Shown here: positions 27,330-38,132 of the stretch, in pieces | How positions within the stretch are numbered: the first letter of the stretch is position 1 | How the letters are laid out: every line of letters begins with the position of its first letter | Virus record (IMG/VR): IMGVR_UViG_3300033146_000407 | Location: 5,189 to 69,188 of that record | Direction: 5' to 3' (one strand) | Source of the DNA: a virus | Length of the DNA stretch: 64,000 bases | Notes under the pieces: generated by a model | Seen by the model: the letters and a program-made list of their open reading frames with translations, nothing else | The model's database searches: none | Told to the model about the DNA's origin: nothing | Translations under genes and position numbers: made by a program

Positions 27330-27959
27330 TTATTCTGGCTGATCCCAATCGAGATCCGGATTGATTGGGACTCCACTAGTACCACATTCAGTAATATTAA
27401 TAGGAGCTTTAATAACATCAACTTCATTATGATTGATAGGCTTATATATAATTTCTTCATATGCAAATTGAGTCATAAAAGATAATTCTTCAGATGAACC
27501 AAAAGATAAATCCAACGAACCAAGATCCATTAGAAATAAATTAGTAAATATTAATTCAGCTATAGGTCGTTTTTGATTATCTAACATTTGAACTGTAATA
27601 CGCTTAATATTATATTCCCGAAATAATCCATCATGATTAGGATTAATCTGTCCGTGTCGTAATTGTTGCATCCAAATAAATAACAATAAATAATTATACA
27701 TATCTTCGGATAACTTAAATGTTATACCTAATTGACCCAAATCTTGGTTCTTTTTCATACCACCTAAAGGATGTCTAACTTGAAACCCTAACGGCACTTG
27801 TGATATAATTTCACCCATTGTATAGTTAGGTATGGTGCAAGTTTTAACATAATTTTCAAAATACCTCATCTCTGACATATCATCAAGTGTAGGGATATTT
27901 GATATAATAATCCGCCACTTGTCATTATGCATTGTATTTGGAAATCCACTATAGTCCAT
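27330..27959 (-). CDS. gp3: Tail-tube terminator / sheath stabiliser, T4 gp3-like
   Basis: ITFKLSEDM.NY..LFIWM, ITVQMLDNQKR, F.NLF..DLGSLDL. Confidence 0.75.
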   Translation of the reverse strand: MDYSGFPNTMHNDKWRIIISNIPTLDDMSEMRYFENYVKTCTIPNYTMGEIISQVPLGFQVRHPLGGMKKNQDLGQLGITFKLSEDMYNYLLLFIWMQQLRHGQINPNHDGLFREYNIKRITVQMLDNQKRPIAELIFTNLFLMDLGSLDLSFGSSEELSFMTQFAYEEIIYKPINHNEVDVIKAPINITECGTSGVPINPDLDWDQPE

Positions 27960-27991
27960 ATATCATCTCGATCTTTTAATTTATATACTAT

Positions 27992-27999
27992 TATTTATA
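27992..27999 (-). promoter_or_regulatory. Late promoter TATAAATA
   Basis: Exact motif. Confidence 0.75.
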
Positions 28000-28007
28000 T
28001 TAATTAT

Positions 28008-28038
28008 AAAAAAGGAAGAGATAAATCTCTTCCTTTTT
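28008..28038. terminator. Intrinsic terminator
   Basis: AAAAAGGAAGAGA-TAAA-TCTCTTCCTTTTT. Confidence 0.85.
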
Positions 28039-28058
28039 CAGTTCTAAATATTTAAAAT

Positions 28059-28553
28059 TTAGTCAATCATTGGCGACAATAACTTCATTAGATGGATACG
28101 CTCCCCTATGTAATCAGGAACGTCGGCTAAAGAAATAGTCATTAAATTAACCTCAACTTCATCCTCTAATATTTTATTATATTCATCGACCTCGGCAGTA
28201 CGACCATCAACCAACTCTTTATGTTCTTCAATAAGATCATCAATTTCAGATTTAGCTAAATCAGCTTCACCATCTTTAAACTCAACCCATTTATCATCAC
28301 GAACAACCATAACACCATTATCATCATACTTAGCGTACTTAGCAATAATAGCCTCTCGTTTAATTTCAAATTCTTGAAATTCTGGTGATGGTTTTGCAAT
28401 ATCAATAAGTGCCTTTTTGTTCGGAGCTAAAGTACCCTCATTAATAATAACTGCATAACTAAATCCCTTAGTCGATTTAAAATTTAAACCTTCAATCTGA
28501 CTGTACACATCTAACAAATTTAAAATTTGATAGTTCTTCAATTTCATTAACAT
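28059..28553 (-). CDS. Helical hypothetical protein, possible tail-fibre-associated chaperone (DUF1617-like)
   Basis: FSYAVIIN...KREAIIAKYA..D.NG...EVEVNL..I; located after a fibre gene. Confidence 0.5.
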   Translation of the reverse strand: MLMKLKNYQILNLLDVYSQIEGLNFKSTKGFSYAVIINEGTLAPNKKALIDIAKPSPEFQEFEIKREAIIAKYAKYDDNGVMVVRDDKWVEFKDGEADLAKSEIDDLIEEHKELVDGRTAEVDEYNKILEDEVEVNLMTISLADVPDYIGERIHLMKLLSPMID

Positions 28554-28594
28554 AAAAATCTCCTATTATGTTTAATGGTTATTTATTATCACTT

Positions 28595-31500
28595 TTATGA
28601 ACACGAATCATCTTTATAAAATATATCAGGTATAAACTGACTTGGGTTTGTAAACTCCAAGTAAATTCTATTATTATTTGGTCTAATAAGGAAATTATCA
28701 GGAACTGAATACCAATCAGTATCTTTAGCTGATATATTTATTGTGGCATCTCCAACCTCAACATAACAAAACCTAGAGACATATTCCTCATTACAAGCAG
28801 GACGTTTCTTATCAATATAAAACGAATTAGGACCTTTTGCTCCAGTTAACTGATAAGACCCTGTAGTGAATCCTATAGCATTCATTATGACATCCTTATT
28901 AACACGTAAATAGTCATAGTTAGTACGAACGCCTTTATTACCACTACTACACAACTGACTACCATTCGATTGGAATGAAGAATCGCTAGTAACATTAAAC
29001 GATACAGTCCATTTACCATCAGGAAGAATAGGTCGTGATAATTCAAGATCAGTAACCCAACCATCGGCATCTGAAAAAGAATACCGATATTTCCTTTTTT
29101 CAGTTGAACTACCAGAAACACCAGTCCAAGTAAATTTAGGAGCTTCTTCAGATTTATATAAATCATACACCGAATCGATAGATATACGACCAACATGTAT
29201 AGTTTCAAACTCACCATGATATGCCATTATATTTTCTGTTGATACTGTATTATTATTTATATAAGTCCCATTATCACCAAACCCAATATGACCTTGACCG
29301 TGAAATTGTAAATGACCTTTACTACCCTTAGAATCCTCACGCATATCTAATCTATGAGTATTAAAGTTTGTAATATATCCACGATCACACCAATCTTTAT
29401 CATTACCAATAGAATCAGCATTCATTTCAGCCCATCTAAAATTAGTAGTTTTGTTTCTACCAATGACTGATTGATTTAAATCTGGATACACATCACCATG
29501 TAACATTAAATGTCGTGGTATATCAGCATACTGACCTTCTTGCCAGTCACCCATAATACGACGAACGTGTAAATCTCGGAATCCCTTACCAGAAGATCCT
29601 AAATTATTAAACCCATCAATTACAGGTAGAATATCTCCATTAGTATGAATAAATCTACTAGATATCAAATTAATATCTCTACCAACACCTTTACCTACAC
29701 GAGAATATTTATCATCTCCCCATAAACCAAGATCAATCTCACCATACATAGTCAATCGTAATTCATCTAAACTAGTTATTGATTCTACTATATCATCATC
29801 ACTCACACTAAAAAACTTCTTAAATATTGTTGGGTGTAATACCCCATCAACTTCTTTACCGACAATAGCATTTCTAATAAAAACAGCATCATCTATTTCA
29901 TTACCACGATCACCATTAGCAATCATACGAATGATACTATCACTAACATCTTTAGCGGAATCATTATTAGTACCAAACCCACTACCAAACTCATCAATAG
30001 ATAATTGATTACCAGCTAAAGTAAACATAAAAATATCAGCAGAACTTCTAACTGTTAATGGGTGCATTACAGATAAATTTTCACCTGTACTAGGATCAAT
30101 TACTATAGGAATATAATTAGATATATTGCTATATGTATAAAAATTATTAGATTTTGGATATACTTGTTTGAACTCAAATCCACCTGGTGTTTGTATAGGT
30201 ACAATATCACGATCATCATAATGAGGACCAACATAAATAGAAGTATTACCAAAATGAGCTAACCCATAAGACTCATCAACTAAATCATTTTCCCTAATAA
30301 CAATATATCCAGTATTATATCGATCTTCAATATAATTCCATCTAGTCCCACTATTCACAGAATCTAAATCTGGATTTCTATCAGGACCATCATATAAATC
30401 ATAATCACCAAAATTATATTCTGTTGATGTACCTAAGTATAATGATCGCCATCTATTTGAAGGCTTACCTAAACTAAGAGTATTATCATATAATGGCATA
30501 AACGAATAATACCCATCAGTATTACAAGCACCATACATATCTATTTCGCAATGACCTAATTGATTTGTACGCATAGTTGTTCTTATGCGATATGCTACTT
30601 GATTAGACCCAGTATCGAATGTATTATTTAAATCAGCTGGATACGATACATGCTGTAGACATAATTGTGGAAGGTCCTGCTCTTCTATTGGATTCGGCTT
30701 ATTAACAACATCATACGTAGCAACAAATAATTTACTAACACCTATATCATCTGGATTAGATGTAACTATTGTATTACGATCTTCAACACCTAACGTATTG
30801 GTGATAAACACGGAACCCGCAGTAGCTAATCCGTATTGACCTGATGCATTAGTAGCACGATGCCAATAGTCAGCACTAGTACCATAAAACACCTCATTAA
30901 AATTAGTATCTACTGAAGAAAACGCAATTTGATAATCTAAAACTAAACTAGTAACAGCAGAATTATTATTACTAGCAGTTGAAGGAGCAACAATAGTTTG
31001 AGCTTCTGGTATAATAACCTGACCGAATAAAAATGGTTCTGTTGTAATAAGACCTACTGCATCTCGAACTACACCATATAGCCCAATTTTATTAAATTTA
31101 ATAGACCCCTCATCAATAGCTAATGTTATCTCAAAATTAGCTCTACGGCACTCATATGACGCACTACAATCGCCATTAATCTCAGATATATAACTAACAC
31201 CACGATATAGATTTGCTTGATCTGGGTGATCTATCTGATCTGGAAATCCTAATCCATTAGACATATACATCTCTAATTCATTAACACCACCAACAAATCT
31301 CCATTCAGTACCTTGTGAGCCGGGAGTCTGTACATCACTGCCCCATAAATATGAACTACCGATAGCATATTTAGAAGTTCCATCATTAAACATAACAGGA
31401 CTAGCAGTATCTCGATGTAGGAAATTAGTAACAACATCATCAGATCCATCAGGAGTTACTACAGTATCTATAGCAGATACTAAATATTTATTGGTTGTTG

Positions 31501-31750
31501 TGTCCTCAATAGTATAATACCCTGACCCTGAAGTATTCCAAAAAATATCACCTGATGGAAATGTATCTCCTGATGTAGTCACCGTAGTTATATCATTATG
31601 GTCATATGCACTACCAGATACACCCAATTGAGGGTCTATACGATAATCATAAACAGGAACCCAATAAGCAATCTCAATATAAGACCCACTAGGTTTAGCT
31701 GCTGTTATTTGTTGAAGCCCTGCTTCAGTAATCATTGAAAATTGAGCCAT
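28595..31750 (-). CDS. Large baseplate/tail-fibre protein
   Basis: N-terminal ITEAGLQ...FNKIGLY fibre-attachment pattern; LSLGKPSNRWRSLY and NLGSSGKGFRDLH fibre repeats. Confidence 0.65.
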   Translation of the reverse strand: MAQFSMITEAGLQQITAAKPSGSYIEIAYWVPVYDYRIDPQLGVSGSAYDHNDITTVTTSGDTFPSGDIFWNTSGSGYYTIEDTTTNKYLVSAIDTVVTPDGSDDVVTNFLHRDTASPVMFNDGTSKYAIGSSYLWGSDVQTPGSQGTEWRFVGGVNELEMYMSNGLGFPDQIDHPDQANLYRGVSYISEINGDCSASYECRRANFEITLAIDEGSIKFNKIGLYGVVRDAVGLITTEPFLFGQVIIPEAQTIVAPSTASNNNSAVTSLVLDYQIAFSSVDTNFNEVFYGTSADYWHRATNASGQYGLATAGSVFITNTLGVEDRNTIVTSNPDDIGVSKLFVATYDVVNKPNPIEEQDLPQLCLQHVSYPADLNNTFDTGSNQVAYRIRTTMRTNQLGHCEIDMYGACNTDGYYSFMPLYDNTLSLGKPSNRWRSLYLGTSTEYNFGDYDLYDGPDRNPDLDSVNSGTRWNYIEDRYNTGYIVIRENDLVDESYGLAHFGNTSIYVGPHYDDRDIVPIQTPGGFEFKQVYPKSNNFYTYSNISNYIPIVIDPSTGENLSVMHPLTVRSSADIFMFTLAGNQLSIDEFGSGFGTNNDSAKDVSDSIIRMIANGDRGNEIDDAVFIRNAIVGKEVDGVLHPTIFKKFFSVSDDDIVESITSLDELRLTMYGEIDLGLWGDDKYSRVGKGVGRDINLISSRFIHTNGDILPVIDGFNNLGSSGKGFRDLHVRRIMGDWQEGQYADIPRHLMLHGDVYPDLNQSVIGRNKTTNFRWAEMNADSIGNDKDWCDRGYITNFNTHRLDMREDSKGSKGHLQFHGQGHIGFGDNGTYINNNTVSTENIMAYHGEFETIHVGRISIDSVYDLYKSEEAPKFTWTGVSGSSTEKRKYRYSFSDADGWVTDLELSRPILPDGKWTVSFNVTSDSSFQSNGSQLCSSGNKGVRTNYDYLRVNKDVIMNAIGFTTGSYQLTGAKGPNSFYIDKKRPACNEEYVSRFCYVEVGDATINISAKDTDWYSVPDNFLIRPNNNRIYLEFTNPSQFIPDIFYKDDSCS

Positions 31751-31779
31751 TTTTTACTCTCCGTTATTCAGTTTAATAC

Positions 31780-31787
31780 TATTTATA
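31780..31787 (-). promoter_or_regulatory. Late promoter TATAAATA
   Basis: Exact motif. Confidence 0.75.
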
Positions 31788-31799
31788 TATATTTAAGAC

Positions 31800-34700
31800 T
31801 CACGAAGTAAATGTATATTGTTTACGTAATCTCATATATGATGTTGCGTATATAGTATTCTTAGTTCCGAAATATACACTAACACCATCAAATACAGTAT
31901 TAATTGGTTTTATTGCTCGTATAGATTCACTTATCATTTGTTGTTTATGTTTATCTGCTGAGTAATTACTATTAGAATCTAATATATCAATCCACAACCT
32001 AAAGTGTGGTGTAGCGAAATAATCATCAGTTATATCTGGATTAGATATATCTTCAAACACAGAGGTCTTATCATTACGAGTAAGAACCCAATCTTTGTTA
32101 TCATCTTTAGTTACTTGATCAACTACCTTTGAAAACTCTTCACTATTATATATATCACCGCTATCATATAAACAACATTTTATTTTTTCTAACTCATTAG
32201 GCGTAATGTAATCAAGATTTCTATCATCACCATTAATAGCACAACTATCATTTGATCCGCCAGGAGTATTACCTGATGTAGAAGGTCCAGTATTATCACC
32301 AATACAATTAAAATTAAATAAAGAATCTCTCCTAGTCAACGCATACCCATTAGAATCGCAATAAGACTTAGTATAATAATAAACAAAACTACCAACAAGA
32401 CCAAATGAATATAACATAATTTTAACAGAAGCCCTATTAGTTTTTAATTTATACCATGTAGGGAGATTTCTGACCATAAATCTCAAGTATCGTCTTTGTT
32501 CTATTTCTATAGACTTAACATCAGTAGATGAATATGCCATAGCCTCTCTACTAATACCAACATTATATCCTAAGTTTTGAGCATAAAACTGAATCAATTC
32601 AATTGGAATTAAATCAGGATCAAACATATCAGTTATTCTAAATATTTTATCGAGTATTGATATTTTATCATTACCCATACCACAATCATCATTAGGTATT
32701 CCGCATATATCATTGATGAATACATCACCGACTGGGGTATATGACGGTGTATTTATAATAGATGAACCAACATTATATGTATTATCAATAGCTGAGGTTG
32801 AACATGAAGCCATAGAACATTCATGCAAATCTAATAAATTTTCACCTAAGTTATATCCACGTTCACCTTCAAACATATTATTGAGATAACATTCAAAAAC
32901 TTCAACCAATTCTCTAGTACCAGTACCTCTAATATATTCAGGAATATAATTAACTAAATTAATATCTCTATTCTTACTATACCGTATCTCATCAGCTCCA
33001 TAAGTTTTAATATATTTTTCTTTTTCTTTACATATAATAATCTCTTTAGGAGTACCATCTGGATTATATGCACTATCATATACACCAGTTATTGTCTTAG
33101 TTATTAAATCTGCTGATGTATTATATGCAGATATTGTATATGAATACACACCTTCTGGTAATAATAAATCACGATTTCCATATTTATACAAGGAATTACC
33201 AATACCATTATCAATATCAACATGAGTAGCCCCATCAGTACTCCAATATAGTGTAGTAGGAATTAGTATATTTGGATATCCAACCACATAGTCAGGTGTT
33301 AATGAGAAATCAATAATCGTGATAGTTGCACCATGTACAGAAAAATCTACAGTGGATTGATGAGACTTACATGTAGTTGAAGCATCAGTAACAGTTAATG
33401 TTGCTATATGATGCCCAACACCTAATGAATTTATTGTAGGAAATTGACCAGACTTATTGTATGGAGCTTCACCATCAATAGCAATCTCCCAATCATACAC
33501 AGGATTCTGTACGTTACTATAACCACTCAATGTAGTAGATGTGAATGTCTCTCCATGATTTAATGTAGTGATATCTGCATATGCTGATATTAAAGGAGCC
33601 ACATTAACATTAACATCAACATAATCCATATCAACAAGACCAGTATCAGCAGACACTGTTAATGAGGCAGTACGACTACCAGCAGGAATATTATATAAAT
33701 CAATTTGTATATCATCGCTACCAGAAACCACACCAGACACATCAGGAATACCAAACTCAAACAATCCCCAATTATACCATACAATGTTAAATAATCCACT
33801 AGGATCATATGATGGTAAACTGTTAGATCCATCTAAATGAGCTGATGTTGTATATGTATTATTTATGATACAGGAATTGTAATCAGGACCAGCATCAGCA
33901 GAAGGACTAAATATTTCAGTAGCAATAAATATCTCAGAGGCATTATCAATTAATCCGTCATTATCAGTAACCTCTAATGATATATCATGTATACCATAAC
34001 TAGTTATATTATAATCAAAAGCGGACGTTGTATTTACTAAATTACCATCAACTCTCCACTTATAAGAAACAATAGTACCATCAATATCACTACTACCAGA
34101 ACTAGATATATTTATAGTATATGGTACAATATTTAAAAATGGAGGATTTATTGATATGTCGGCTATAGGAGAATGTTTTTCATGAACATGAACATCCACA
34201 CTATCCATAGCAGAATTACCACATTTATTTGTGACTATCATATCAACTACATAATCACCACCACTTAAATTAGTAGTATATAAAGGACCACTACCAGTAG
34301 CAGAAGTACCATCCAAGAACCAAGAATAAGTTAATAGCTGTCCTTGTGGATCAGTACTACCAGAACCATCAATCTCAATATAAGCAGGTCCATCAACAGA
34401 ACTTGCAGAAATATCAGGACCAGCATTAGCAATAGGAGTAGAATTCAATATATATGCTTCAGCAATTCTAATATTAACATCACCCTGTGCATTATAAGCC
34501 GATATAGTATACATAGTATATGAGTCGTTATTTTGTGGTATAGCACCAGAAGTATCACCAGCACTCATAACCCACCCTATACCATTGTCTATGAATGCAC
34601 TAGTAGCACCAGAAGTGCTCCATATAACATCATAACCAACACCAGAACATACACCAACGGGATATACTGATAAAGAAGAATCTAATACTACATCAGAAAC

Positions 34701-35603
34701 TTGGACCGTTATAGATCTACTATCGCTACCTAAATTATTATAAGCTGATAATGTATATGTAGTGGTGGCTGATAATGTGTTAGGTATAGTCCCAGTAAGT
34801 CCTACATTTGTATTAGTATACCCATCGTATAATGTAACATCAGTAGCTGAAACTTCACCATTATAAACAGACCACGAAATATCTACAGTATCTCCTGGTG
34901 ATATATTATAATCAGTAGAATCTAATGATATGATTGATGGTGGAGATAATATTAAATCAGACCCACTTATATTAACCCAATCCCAACCAACAATGTTAGC
35001 ATTCCATTTAGTAGTATGAGCGAATCCAAAACGACCATCATGGACTCCTAAATGATCATGGTCTACATATGTACCACTAGCCAAGAAAGCAGAAGTTTCA
35101 GTATATAAAGTAACATCGTATGTATTATTTGTATAAGTAAAATTAACAATTCCAGTTTCTGGAATACGAGTTCGATCTCCCCAAGGCTCATCGCTTAATA
35201 ATCCACCAGCAGAGTTTACTAATGGTATATTACCAACTTCGAGCTGAGATATAGTATCAAAACCGACACTAACACCACGAGCATCATCTAAACCAGGTTG
35301 TATTGATATGAATGTAAAATCATTATATGCTCGGTATCTAAAAACTATTAAGTTATCAGTTCCATGATATAAATCTAAACCGTTATAACCAACAACCATA
35401 TTTCCATTAGCGGTATTATATGTATTATCGTATAATACAAGACCAGCAGCATCAGAAACAGCGTCTTGGGGTTTAAGATATCCATCTTCAATATACCAAT
35501 TCCTAATGATACCTTCATTAGCTGATGTTATTATGTGCCATGTCGCACTTGGGGCTGGAGTCAATACTCCTGATGAACTAAAATCTTCCTGTATAATTGC
35601 CAT
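31800..35603 (-). CDS. Baseplate wedge protein (gp7-like C-terminus) with multiple PKD/Ig-like domains
   Basis: PIANAGPD, DGSGSTDPQGQLLTYSW, SSDIDGTIVSYKW, VTDNDG; C-terminal DPDLIP...AQNLG, LPTWYKLK, IKPINTV. Confidence 0.75.
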   Translation of the reverse strand: MAIIQEDFSSSGVLTPAPSATWHIITSANEGIIRNWYIEDGYLKPQDAVSDAAGLVLYDNTYNTANGNMVVGYNGLDLYHGTDNLIVFRYRAYNDFTFISIQPGLDDARGVSVGFDTISQLEVGNIPLVNSAGGLLSDEPWGDRTRIPETGIVNFTYTNNTYDVTLYTETSAFLASGTYVDHDHLGVHDGRFGFAHTTKWNANIVGWDWVNISGSDLILSPPSIISLDSTDYNISPGDTVDISWSVYNGEVSATDVTLYDGYTNTNVGLTGTIPNTLSATTTYTLSAYNNLGSDSRSITVQVSDVVLDSSLSVYPVGVCSGVGYDVIWSTSGATSAFIDNGIGWVMSAGDTSGAIPQNNDSYTMYTISAYNAQGDVNIRIAEAYILNSTPIANAGPDISASSVDGPAYIEIDGSGSTDPQGQLLTYSWFLDGTSATGSGPLYTTNLSGGDYVVDMIVTNKCGNSAMDSVDVHVHEKHSPIADISINPPFLNIVPYTINISSSGSSDIDGTIVSYKWRVDGNLVNTTSAFDYNITSYGIHDISLEVTDNDGLIDNASEIFIATEIFSPSADAGPDYNSCIINNTYTTSAHLDGSNSLPSYDPSGLFNIVWYNWGLFEFGIPDVSGVVSGSDDIQIDLYNIPAGSRTASLTVSADTGLVDMDYVDVNVNVAPLISAYADITTLNHGETFTSTTLSGYSNVQNPVYDWEIAIDGEAPYNKSGQFPTINSLGVGHHIATLTVTDASTTCKSHQSTVDFSVHGATITIIDFSLTPDYVVGYPNILIPTTLYWSTDGATHVDIDNGIGNSLYKYGNRDLLLPEGVYSYTISAYNTSADLITKTITGVYDSAYNPDGTPKEIIICKEKEKYIKTYGADEIRYSKNRDINLVNYIPEYIRGTGTRELVEVFECYLNNMFEGERGYNLGENLLDLHECSMASCSTSAIDNTYNVGSSIINTPSYTPVGDVFINDICGIPNDDCGMGNDKISILDKIFRITDMFDPDLIPIELIQFYAQNLGYNVGISREAMAYSSTDVKSIEIEQRRYLRFMVRNLPTWYKLKTNRASVKIMLYSFGLVGSFVYYYTKSYCDSNGYALTRRDSLFNFNCIGDNTGPSTSGNTPGGSNDSCAINGDDRNLDYITPNELEKIKCCLYDSGDIYNSEEFSKVVDQVTKDDNKDWVLTRNDKTSVFEDISNPDITDDYFATPHFRLWIDILDSNSNYSADKHKQQMISESIRAIKPINTVFDGVSVYFGTKNTIYATSYMRLRKQYTFTS

Positions 35604-35614
35604 AAACTATTCCC

Positions 35615-36100
35615 CTAAATTGACTTGTATACTACACATAAACGTACATCATACTCTTGTAAATATCCACCACAATACATATGAACTGCTGTATCAGTAG
35701 CACACGACACATAATCATTTGGTCCATTATAATTTTCATAATCAAACCACCATCTAAATTCAGAAGCTTCATATTTACCTTCAAATGGACCCATAGGGTC
35801 ATAATTATAAGCATGGAAATCAACATACAGAGGAGACCCACCATTTCTAGGGGTCCCACTAAAATCAAATGGGAAATTATCGTTAGCATTGGCATATACA
35901 CCACTATAAGGTTCAATTACTAAATCGCTATATGATGATACATTAGCGAATGCACTAACATCAACATCAAGTGGTTCTATATCTAAATAAATAGGAGGCA
36001 TATGAATTTCAGCATTGGTATAATCACCACCAAAATAAAAAGCCCCCACTGTTCCGCTTGTAGCAGATGACGGGTAATGTATATACCTAAAATCGTCCAT
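35615..36100 (-). CDS. PKD-domain virion protein
   Basis: DFSGTPRNGGSPLYVDF...RWWFD...HMY...YDVRL. Confidence 0.7.
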   Translation of the reverse strand: MDDFRYIHYPSSATSGTVGAFYFGGDYTNAEIHMPPIYLDIEPLDVDVSAFANVSSYSDLVIEPYSGVYANANDNFPFDFSGTPRNGGSPLYVDFHAYNYDPMGPFEGKYEASEFRWWFDYENYNGPNDYVSCATDTAVHMYCGGYLQEYDVRLCVVYKSI

Positions 36101-36136
36101 CTATAGTATCCTTCGATTAGTATTATTTTATAGTAT

Positions 36137-36144
36137 TATTTATA
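36137..36144 (-). promoter_or_regulatory. Late promoter TATAAATA
   Basis: aatttaTATAAATA. Confidence 0.75.
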
Positions 36145-36154
36145 TAAATTGATG

Positions 36155-36598
36155 TTATTCAAAAATTAAACCGTGCGTAGTATCCCAACCATAAAAAGCA
36201 TTGTCACCTATAGCACTAACTTCCGCTGGTATAATAACATCAGATACCATATTAGGACCCCAATCATAAAAAGCATATCCCTCAATTTCACGTAGATTAT
36301 GATCAGTACTAAACGTTAAATCGGTGGTATTGTCATATGAATTAGACCCACCACCACTAAACGCATCCTGACCAATAACAACAGTTGCTGGTAATATAGT
36401 AACTGTAGATATATCACTTGTTGGGTTGCTTCCACGGAACTGAGTGACCTCAGACTCGTCAACGACTAAATTCTTATCAGTCATATCATATACAGTAGTA
36501 ACCATAGGTATAGAATTATAAGTCAATTCTGCTAATGGCTCACCTGGTGGTTCCGTGTATGTAGTCATTAAAAATTTTATATATGTATTTCTATTCAT
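36155..36598 (-). CDS. Small BspA/TpLRR repeat protein
   Basis: ILPATVVIGQDAF, LREIEGYAFYDW, IIPAEVSAIGDNAFYGW. Confidence 0.75.
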   Translation of the reverse strand: MNRNTYIKFLMTTYTEPPGEPLAELTYNSIPMVTTVYDMTDKNLVVDESEVTQFRGSNPTSDISTVTILPATVVIGQDAFSGGGSNSYDNTTDLTFSTDHNLREIEGYAFYDWGPNMVSDVIIPAEVSAIGDNAFYGWDTTHGLIFE

Positions 36599-36599
36599 A

Positions 36600-38090
36600 T
36601 TATGACCAATTCACACTTCCTGCTACGACACTAGGAGTAGATACGACATAAACACCGCCAGCATTAGATATAGTTAATAGATATTTACCAGTAGTACCAC
36701 CATCATCAATATCCAATGTAGTTGATTCTATTTTAACTTTTAATGTATAAGATCCAGTATTATCAACACCAACAACCATAGCATATCCATCACTTAAATT
36801 GGTAATAGTTAATATTGTATTAGATGAAATAGAACCAAACCAAGCATCCGCCGTGGTATAATCAAGAGTACTATCATTTGTATATACATTTTTATGTAGA
36901 GTGTCGCCGTCATCTACATAGGATTTAGGAACAATAGAGTTATTAGTAGTATATGTACAATTATGCAACTCAAACCGTTTAAATGACGCATAAAAGTATA
37001 GATATGAAGCCGTAAGATCAGCAGCATACCCTTTATTACCTATATACACATCATTTTTAGAATCCAAATATATATTCTTAATCTTATCAGTAGTAAGAAC
37101 CAAATGATCGTTAGTAGTTGATAAACCAACATACATTGTTCCCGAATTATTTATACTAACACCACTTTCAGCCCATGACCCACTGGTTGCCCCAACAACA
37201 TCAACCGTATACTGAGCACCAACACTACCAACACCAGAAGGAACCCACGTACTTAAATACCCCAATGTTATAACATCAGCATTCTCAGAAATAGACGTTG
37301 ATGTTATTTGAGTAGGAGCCTGAACTTTACCAGTAGCGGTAACTAATAATCCATTTTTTCTAGTACTAGAAGTTCCAGCACCAACAACGAACGCACCAGC
37401 ACTCTTTATATTATATGCACCAACGACACATTGACCTGTAGTAATGTCACCCAATAATGAATACCCATAAGTGAATCCAGCAGGAGCATATGAACTAGAC
37501 TCATGACCACCACTCATAGAAGAATTTCCGGAAGCTGATGTTGCATTACCAACAGCAACGGTATAGTCACTTTTAGCGAAGCTAGAACCAAATGCAGTTG
37601 CATGTGTAGCAGATGCATTACCATTATTGAATGAGGCGGCATAATCACCAGACGCTATTGAATTAGATACAGAAAATGAATAATCGCCAGTAGCACCACC
37701 AACATTCGCATATGTAGTAAGATCTATAGCATTAGTACCAATATTACCAGGTTTACTAGCTCTATTAATACCTTTAATACAATATCCAGTATTACCACCC
37801 TCAGTGACAGTAATTAATCTACCAAATGACCCAGCATCAATAAATTGAAGTGACTTTTCATCATTAGCAACACACACCACACTATTAGCAGCATTAGAAT
37901 AATCATTAGGAGTATCTTGTAGTGCAATAAAAGTAGCCGTGCCATCAGGTGTAAATTTACGTATAGCTCCTGTATTATCCTTATATCCCATCACCAAGTC
38001 AGCAGTATCCCACCCAAGCTGAGTGAAATCAAGATCAGCTAAATCTGCCGTTTCTATATGTAGTATTTTTCTTTCTGATTTATCAGCCAT
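36600..38090 (-). CDS. Tail fibre with YadA-head/Hep-Hag-like repeats
   Basis: FIALQDTPNDY repeat; ATGDYSF, ASGDYAAS, ASATHATAFG, AKSDYTVAVG, ASGNSSMSGG. Confidence 0.7.
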   Translation of the reverse strand: MADKSERKILHIETADLADLDFTQLGWDTADLVMGYKDNTGAIRKFTPDGTATFIALQDTPNDYSNAANSVVCVANDEKSLQFIDAGSFGRLITVTEGGNTGYCIKGINRASKPGNIGTNAIDLTTYANVGGATGDYSFSVSNSIASGDYAASFNNGNASATHATAFGSSFAKSDYTVAVGNATSASGNSSMSGGHESSSYAPAGFTYGYSLLGDITTGQCVVGAYNIKSAGAFVVGAGTSSTRKNGLLVTATGKVQAPTQITSTSISENADVITLGYLSTWVPSGVGSVGAQYTVDVVGATSGSWAESGVSINNSGTMYVGLSTTNDHLVLTTDKIKNIYLDSKNDVYIGNKGYAADLTASYLYFYASFKRFELHNCTYTTNNSIVPKSYVDDGDTLHKNVYTNDSTLDYTTADAWFGSISSNTILTITNLSDGYAMVVGVDNTGSYTLKVKIESTTLDIDDGGTTGKYLLTISNAGGVYVVSTPSVVAGSVNWS

Positions 38091-38120
38091 ATTAAACTCC
38101 GTTATCTATATGTTTATTAG

Positions 38121-38128
38121 TATTTATA
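38121..38128 (-). promoter_or_regulatory. Late promoter TATAAATA
   Basis: Exact motif. Confidence 0.75.
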
Positions 38129-38132
38129 TATA

